NCBI GenBank assembly: GCA_963836395.1
Contig: CAWIJF010000012.1
Location: forward strand, 5,544-69,543
DNA length: 64,000 nucleotides
Direction of reading: 5' to 3'
Source: an uncultured Ignavibacteria bacterium
GTDB lineage: Bacteria > Bacteroidota > Ignavibacteria > Tepidaquicellales > Tepidaquicellaceae
Numbering within the stretch: the first letter of the stretch is position 1; each line of letters opens with the position of its first letter. Shown one piece after another: positions 59,146-64,000 of this stretch. The notes beneath the pieces are model-generated. The model was not told the origin of the DNA. It did no database searches and was given only the letters and a program-made list of their open reading frames with translations. Both the position numbers and the translations under genes were made by a program.

Positions 59146-59892
59146 TCACTCAATAATTCTCTTTTCAAATATCTCCTTAGTATATTTTACAATCGGCGGT
59201 TCTTTTTCCCCATCAGCGAAGTGCAGCATAAAATAAATTTCTTTCAATCCTTTTTGTTGCCAGAATTTTATCAGATTAATCCAATCATTTATTCTTTCAA
59301 AATCAGTTGGGTGATTGTAAGATAAGAAGCGGATGAAAGCAGTTGAATTTGTCAGCTTTAGATCGTTTAAGTACTTAATCGTTTCGGCACTATCTACCAT
59401 CACAATTCCCGCCTTGTGTTTTTTTAGGACGCTCAAACACTCATTTAGAATATTTGCCTTTGATAGCCAGTTTAGTCTGATCTCAATACTAATATTTATT
59501 CTATTATTTATAAAAGTCAGCAGGTCATCAATCAAATGAATATCAGATTGATTCATCCATGGGGGGAGTTGTAAAAAACAAATTCCGAGATTTTCTCCAA
59601 AACCTTTAATCGATTCAATAAAATTATTAGTTAACAATTCTATATTTGAAAGTTCGTTATCGTGCCTTATTTCTTTTGGAAATTTAGGACAGAACTTGAA
59701 CCCTGTATTTACCATACCTTTCCATCGCTCGATCCTTGCTTCCGGTAAGGTATCATAGTAAGTTGAATTTACTTCAACTGTGTTAAACATTCCTGAATAA
59801 TATTTCAGATGATCTGTTGTTTTCGATCCTTCCGGATACAGAGTTCCTTTCCAGAAAGAATAATTCCACATGCTGCAACCAAGATATAACAT
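59146..59892 (-). CDS. DUF72 (YecE-like) domain-containing protein
   Basis: 248-aa intact ORF. The N-terminus LGCSMWNYSFWKGTLYPEG...YYSGMFNTVEVNSTYY matches the DUF72 pattern. Confidence 0.8.
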   Translation of the reverse strand: MLYLGCSMWNYSFWKGTLYPEGSKTTDHLKYYSGMFNTVEVNSTYYDTLPEARIERWKGMVNTGFKFCPKFPKEIRHDNELSNIELLTNNFIESIKGFGENLGICFLQLPPWMNQSDIHLIDDLLTFINNRINISIEIRLNWLSKANILNECLSVLKKHKAGIVMVDSAETIKYLNDLKLTNSTAFIRFLSYNHPTDFERINDWINLIKFWQQKGLKEIYFMLHFADGEKEPPIVKYTKEIFEKRIIE

Positions 59893-59902
59893 TAGAATCC
59901 CT

Positions 59903-60652
59903 TCAGAATAATTCTCCCTGATCCGATTTGCTTATTTTATTTTTCGCCTTGCTCGGTCTCTTAATTTTTACTGTCTCATTTCCCGTTTTCTTTGACTGCT
60001 TTTCTTCGTCATTCAATTCTTTTATCCTTAAAGTCTTATCTTCTGTTTTCAATTTGATAAGATCATCTAATGGAGAGCTGAATGTTGAAATTGCTTCGTA
60101 AGGAGCTTCAAGATAATCTTTAACGCTGTCTGGAGTGAGCATAACAGGCATTCTGTTGTGTATCGGTATACCGAATTTATTCGGGTTGCAAGTAAGAATG
60201 GAAGCGCCTTCCTCTCCCAGCAAATCCTTGTCTGTATAGATTCCTCCGATAAAAAATATTTTATATTTCTCGAAGAAAATCCTAAGTGCTTTACTTTTGT
60301 CATAAGCCGGCCACTCATAAAATCCCGTTGCCGGGAATACACATCTTTTTGATTTTAAAAGTGAATTAAAATTGCTGGATGATTTTAAAGTTGATTCAAT
60401 CTTATTGTTAAAAAAATTCTTTTTCTTTTTTACTCCGTAGTCATTGAACTCAGATTGAATCGCCCACTTGACAGCTTTAGCTTTGTAAATTCCATCCTCC
60501 GCAAAAATGATCCTTACCCGGTCTGTGGGCTTTATGTTTTCTTCTTTGAATACTTCATCAATGTCATAATCAATATGAAGTTTTCCAATATAATTGCTGA
60601 ATATTTTATCCAGCTCTTCGTGATTTATTGCACTTTCGTAACGACCGCACAT
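59903..60652 (-). CDS. SOS response-associated peptidase (SRAP/YedK family, abasic-site crosslinking protein)
   Basis: 249-aa intact ORF starting MCGRYES (invariant Cys2). GFYEW and HNRMPVML motifs are present. A basic C-terminal tail follows. Confidence 0.85.
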   Translation of the reverse strand: MCGRYESAINHEELDKIFSNYIGKLHIDYDIDEVFKEENIKPTDRVRIIFAEDGIYKAKAVKWAIQSEFNDYGVKKKKNFFNNKIESTLKSSSNFNSLLKSKRCVFPATGFYEWPAYDKSKALRIFFEKYKIFFIGGIYTDKDLLGEEGASILTCNPNKFGIPIHNRMPVMLTPDSVKDYLEAPYEAISTFSSPLDDLIKLKTEDKTLRIKELNDEEKQSKKTGNETVKIKRPSKAKNKISKSDQGELF

Positions 60653-60719
60653 TTTGATTTTAGATTGATAATTTATAAATGAACTATTTAGATTTCGACA
60701 TTATAAGCAATGGCTCAAA

Positions 60720-61559
60720 TCACTTTTTTGCCGGTTCACCAGTATAGAAAATTTCAGCCCCATTAGTAATTTTTCTAAATATTTCTATATGCTCAAACAT
60801 TGGCTTTATAATACTTATTATTGATTTAAGAGTTTTTTCAACTAACCAAAATGATGCGAAATTTAAAGTAACTCTGTTATTTTCAGTTAAAGTTTTTAAA
60901 TCTGAAAATCTTTTACATAATTTTTTTGGGGCAAATACTAAAAAAGAATGATTTTGCTTTAGAGGATGAAAACCTAAAGTTGCTCCACTGAAATCATTAG
61001 AGTAATGAATTAATTCTGAACGATAAGAATATAATTTGTCAACAAAGTTTACATGTACATCCTTCACAACTTTTGAGATTGGAGATTGCGACAATGGATT
61101 TTTTGAATCCTTTATAGAATCAAATACACCGTTCCATTTTAGTTTCATTTGTCCCTTTGTATTGCAAACGTAATCGATTTGATTTCCAAGGTAATCGAAA
61201 AGTGAAATTGAATGAAAAACAATGCTGTCGAAGAGTGAAAGCTGTTCATCATGAAGTTGAGGAATTTTACTTGGATCTTGAGGCTTTCCTATCATTTGTT
61301 TTTGTTGGCTTTTCTGCACAGCATTTAGAAGCCTCAAATGAAAAAGTATACTATTTAATCTAAAAGAAATGCTTTCTCGGAGTTTGAAATAATTTTCATT
61401 TTTGGGATCATTCAATTTTCCCGAAATTTTATTTATGTAACTCAATCCTAAATCTACAATATCATGTTGGATTTTATTTACCAATTCAATTAGTAATTTA
61501 TATCGAGCATCAAAATTTTTCTCATCAAGAATTGGAAGTTTATTTATTTCCATATTCAT
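60720..61559 (-). CDS. hypothetical all-alpha protein with a single R-x4-H (HEPN-like) motif
   Basis: 279-aa intact ORF. It contains DKLYSYRSELIHYSNDF (RSELIH = Rx4H). No family is recognised with certainty. It is flanked by umuC and the SRAP gene on the same strand. Confidence 0.6.
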   Translation of the reverse strand: MNMEINKLPILDEKNFDARYKLLIELVNKIQHDIVDLGLSYINKISGKLNDPKNENYFKLRESISFRLNSILFHLRLLNAVQKSQQKQMIGKPQDPSKIPQLHDEQLSLFDSIVFHSISLFDYLGNQIDYVCNTKGQMKLKWNGVFDSIKDSKNPLSQSPISKVVKDVHVNFVDKLYSYRSELIHYSNDFSGATLGFHPLKQNHSFLVFAPKKLCKRFSDLKTLTENNRVTLNFASFWLVEKTLKSIISIIKPMFEHIEIFRKITNGAEIFYTGEPAKK

Positions 61560-61655
61560 TTAAATGATTATAATTATATATTTTCATATTACTTCATATA
61601 TTCTCACTTCATCTTAGTCCTGGAAAGAGACACTGGGGATGATAGTTTTTTACGA

Positions 61656-62927
61656 TTACGCTCTGACAGTCAGAAGTTCATCCCAACATGTCGTATATCG
61701 GTTGGATCTGAAACACATCTTCATTCGCCAGTCCTGTTCTATTCCCGATGATGCAAACTTAATCATATCCCTTCCCCAAATAAAGTTAATTCCGTCAACA
61801 GCTCCCATTGCGGATTTATGTTTATCGTGATCATTATTTTCAAATGCACTGAGCTGAATATTATGATTAGGGTATATATCGGAAAGATAAACTCCTGCTT
61901 TAATATATTTATATCCGCTTCGGAATATTTTTCTTAAAACATAAATTGCATTTTTGATCAGTTCAGGTGTATAAGACGTGGGCTCCGGTAAAGTAATTGT
62001 CTTCCCGATCGAATATTGTTTTTCGTGAAGCTTGTGACGATTGGTCTGTATAAAAACATAAACAGAACGGCAGACCGACTTTTGATTTCTTAGTTTCTCG
62101 CCGGCTCTTGTTGTCCATTGAGAAACCGCTTCTTCTATTTCAGATAGTTTTGTCTCATATCTTCCGAATGATCTGGAAGACATGATTCCTTTTTTTGCTT
62201 TTACTATTTCGTCAATATTTATACAGGCAATTTCTCTGAGCTCTAAGCAAGTTCTTAATCCGACAACACCCATTTTTCTCTTTACCCAATGTTCATCAGT
62301 GTACCTGAAATCATACGCTGAATAGACTTTATTCTTCATTAGCATTTTTGCGAACTGGCTGCCGATTCCCCAGACATCATGAATCGGAACCTGGCGTAAT
62401 AGTTTTTCCATTTTAGAAAAGTTCGATATGTCAAATACACCGTTGAGCCTGGGATTTTTCTTTACAAACTCATTTGCAATTTTGGCAAGCGTTTTTGTTT
62501 TGGCAATACCAACTGATACGGGAATTCCAAGATTCTTTGAAACAGTTTGCCTTATCTTATGACCGTATGCAGTCAAATCGTTTTCTGCGATTTTATAAAA
62601 AGAAAGAAATGCTTCATCAATGGAGTAGTATTCAATATTGGGAGTGAACTCTGATAATATATTCATTACTCTTTCCGATATGTCACCGTAGAGCGTATAG
62701 TTCGAAGAATATACATTAATATTATTTTCTGAAATAATGTCTTTAACTTTGAAATACGGAACCCCCATTCCGATGCCAAACTGCTTTGCTTCATCGCTTC
62801 TTGCAACTATGCAGCCGTCATTGTTGCTTAGAATTACTACTGGCTTATCTTTCAGCTTCGGATTAAAAGCTCTTTCACAGGAAGCATAAAAATTATTGCA
62901 GTCAATATGTGCAAAAATGTTATTCAA
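61656..62927 (-). CDS. umuC: Y-family DNA polymerase (UmuC / Pol V catalytic subunit-like)
   Basis: 423-aa intact ORF (FAHIDCNNFYASCERAFNPKLKDKPVVILSNNDGCIVARS, SIDEAFL, VWGIG). Confidence 0.9.
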   Translation of the reverse strand: MNNIFAHIDCNNFYASCERAFNPKLKDKPVVILSNNDGCIVARSDEAKQFGIGMGVPYFKVKDIISENNINVYSSNYTLYGDISERVMNILSEFTPNIEYYSIDEAFLSFYKIAENDLTAYGHKIRQTVSKNLGIPVSVGIAKTKTLAKIANEFVKKNPRLNGVFDISNFSKMEKLLRQVPIHDVWGIGSQFAKMLMKNKVYSAYDFRYTDEHWVKRKMGVVGLRTCLELREIACINIDEIVKAKKGIMSSRSFGRYETKLSEIEEAVSQWTTRAGEKLRNQKSVCRSVYVFIQTNRHKLHEKQYSIGKTITLPEPTSYTPELIKNAIYVLRKIFRSGYKYIKAGVYLSDIYPNHNIQLSAFENNDHDKHKSAMGAVDGINFIWGRDMIKFASSGIEQDWRMKMCFRSNRYTTCWDELLTVRA

Positions 62928-62977
62928 TCTTTTATTATTTCAGAACTCCGGAAAAGGTTATTCTTGAATGACAAACC

Positions 62978-63388
62978 TTAATTTGTCTTATGAATGCAAT
63001 ACGTCACAACGCCCCAAACCTGAAACTCTGATTCTTCATTGATCAGCATTGGTTCAAACTTTTCATTCGCGGCAACCAGATATAGTTTGTCTTTTATCTT
63101 ATCAATTCTCTTTATAGTGTAGTCTCCGTTCACTTCTGCAATCACAATTTGTCCCGTTGCAGGTTTAATAGACTTGTCTACAATCAAAAAGTCATCATCA
63201 TGGATTCCTGCTTCTACCATCGAGTTTCCTTTCACTCTTATTATGAATGTAGAATTCGGGTGGATTATAAAGCGTTCATTCAGGTCCAGTCTTTGCTCAA
63301 TGTAATCCGTAGCCGGAGAAGGAAACCCCGCGGGGATCTTGTAGTCAATATATGTGAGTAATATTTTTTCTGAAGAGTTTGACAACAT
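62978..63388 (-). CDS. umuD: S24-family LexA-like self-cleaving peptidase (UmuD-like)
   Basis: 136-aa intact ORF (IPAGFPSPATDYIEQRLDLNE, catalytic GNSM, later Lys in YTIKRI). It lies 50 nt upstream of umuC. Confidence 0.85.
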   Translation of the reverse strand: MLSNSSEKILLTYIDYKIPAGFPSPATDYIEQRLDLNERFIIHPNSTFIIRVKGNSMVEAGIHDDDFLIVDKSIKPATGQIVIAEVNGDYTIKRIDKIKDKLYLVAANEKFEPMLINEESEFQVWGVVTYCIHKTN

Positions 63389-63393
63389 TAATG

Positions 63394-63407
63394 ATTTGAA
63401 ATCAAAT
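63394..63407. promoter_or_regulatory. 6-2-6 palindrome ATTTGA-AA-TCAAAT immediately upstream of umuD
   Basis: Read directly, 6-19 nt upstream of the umuD ATG. Function is unknown (operator?). Confidence 0.3.
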
Positions 63408-63454
63408 TATTTGAAAATCTTGATTATGTCAATAAAGAAATATTGCCTTAAATC

Positions 63455-63474
63455 TATATGGTCTTATATGGTCT
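63455..63474. repeat. 2 x 10-bp perfect tandem repeat TATATGGTCT upstream of umuD
   Basis: tatatggtct tatatggtct, read directly, 67-86 nt upstream of the umuD start. Confidence 0.9.
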
Positions 63475-63562
63475 TTTAATTTACATCTTATTTTGTAATT
63501 TCTAATGCCTAATGATTCACAGTCAGTCGGATTTGTCATAAATTGGAATAAATCTCAAGTGA

Positions 63563-63593
63563 TTTGAGATTTTCATTAGTCTTTTCATTAGTT
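63563..63593 (+). repeat. copy C of the TCATTAG-N5-TCATTAG element
   Basis: tttgagatttTCATTAGtctttTCATTAGtt. TCATTAG is at 63573 and 63585 (period 12). Confidence 0.8.
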
Positions 63594-63668
63594 TAATATA
63601 AATGAGATTTTGTTTTTTGTCTATGAGAATAGGCTCAGACGCTCTGCATTTTTTATAATTCAGAACAA

Positions 63669-63706
63669 ATAAAAAACCCTGACAGAATTTAATATCAGTC
63701 AGGGTT
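63669..63706 (-). terminator. rho-independent terminator of the downstream T9SS-cargo gene
   Basis: The minus strand reads aaccctgac-(14 nt)-gtcagggtt followed by TTTTTT. Confidence 0.75.
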
Positions 63707-63734
63707 GAGTTACTCTTTTGCATGAACAGGTTTT

Positions 63735-64000
63735 TTACTTCAGCAATACCATCCTCTTTGTTTGGACATAATCTCCTGTAGAAAGTTTGTAAAAATATAT
63801 ACCGCTTGATAGATTACTCCCATCGAATTCTACTTCATAGCTTCCCTGTTCTAACTTTTTATTTACAAGTGTCTCAACTTCCTTCCCCAGTTCATCATAT
63901 ATCTTTAGAGATACATCTCTTGGACTTCCTTTGTTATGAGAGAATGCTATATCAAATTTTATCTTTGTAACAGGATTAAAAGGATTTGGATAATTTTGAT
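63735..64000 (-). CDS. C-terminal part of a T9SS-sorted secreted protein (partial, continues beyond the window)
   Basis: The reverse frame reads ...NYPNPFNPVTKIKFDIAFSHNKGSPRDVSLKIYDELGKEVETLVNKKLEQGSYEVEFDGSNLSSGIYFYKLSTGDYVQTKRMVLLK-stop (63735-63737). Confidence 0.8.
   Translation of the reverse strand, partial: QNYPNPFNPVTKIKFDIAFSHNKGSPRDVSLKIYDELGKEVETLVNKKLEQGSYEVEFDGSNLSSGIYFYKLSTGDYVQTKRMVLLK

Noticed and set aside
63669-63706. Similarity between the hairpins at 55258-55294 and 63669-63706 (both start AAAAAACCCT) as possible direct repeats bounding the island.
   Set aside because: The identity is limited to the A-run and CCCT of ordinary terminator stems. The loops and distal arms differ.
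63523-63723. A 66-aa minus-strand ORF upstream of umuD, and the 68-aa ORF 40834..41040.
   Set aside because: The translations are dominated by the repeat element or the terminator sequence (LMKRLMK comes from CTAATGA repeats). There is no RBS or start context and no motifs.

Overview
This is a 64 kb AT-rich chromosomal segment from an FCB-superphylum bacterium, probably Ignavibacteria- or Bacteroidota-like. The taxonomic call is an inference from two things: at least six secreted beta-propeller proteins end in a T9SS-type C-terminal sorting domain (NYPNPFNP[ST]TKI ... GVYFYKL ... TKKMxLxK), and a TTTG/TAnnTTTG promoter sits upstream of mraZ.

Gene layout:
- 0.2-5.7 kb: a DUF1800/DUF1501 pair, a LysE-type permease and a prokaryotic-RING membrane protein.
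- 5.8-18.6 kb, plus strand: tRNA-Tyr, tRNA-Gly, a ferritin-like gene, tRNA-Thr, rpmG, tRNA-Trp, secE, nusG, rplK, rplA, rplJ, rplL, rpoB, rpoC. There is no tuf gene.
- 18.8-21.4 kb: a coiled-coil membrane protein and an SBBP-repeat T9SS cargo protein.
- 21.4-38.3 kb, minus strand: a complete dcw cluster, mraZ-rsmH-ftsL-ftsI-murE-murF-mraY-murD-ftsW-murG-(small membrane ORF)-murC-ftsQ-ftsA-ftsZ. A recognisable MraZ operator and promoter lie upstream.
- 38.5-40.8 kb: beta-carbonic anhydrase, an SDR and a peroxiredoxin-like protein.
- 41.0-49.3 kb: a TetR-headed run of four T9SS-secreted beta-propeller proteins.
- 49.3-50.5 kb: two decayed DUF1670-like genes.
- 50.7-55.2 kb: argS, an NAD-epimerase divergent from a serine-palmitoyltransferase-like alpha-oxoamine synthase, and a lipoprotein.
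- 55.3-63.6 kb: an apparent integrated element. It starts at an orphan 3' half of tRNA-Thr(UGU) next to a tyrosine integrase. It carries an FG-GAP/dockerin protein and a minus-strand DNA-damage cassette, umuD-umuC-(HEPN-like hypothetical)-SRAP-DUF72.

Sequence quality is a major caveat. Many conserved housekeeping genes (nusG, rplK, rplA, rplJ, rpoB, rpoC, ftsZ, ftsA, ftsQ, murC, murG, murF, ftsI, argS) are broken by single-base indels, while several long accessory genes are intact. I annotate the broken ones as single genes and treat the breaks as probable sequence errors.

I see no CRISPR array, rRNA, reverse transcriptase or recognised defence system. The most unusual material is the tRNA-fragment/integrase island with its three-fold TCATTAG-N5-TCATTAG element, the HEPN-like ORF inside the umuDC-SRAP-DUF72 cassette, and a family of short stutter repeats. 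One of those, a heptamer, is shared between the ftsA-ftsZ spacer and the coding sequence of two T9SS sorting domains.
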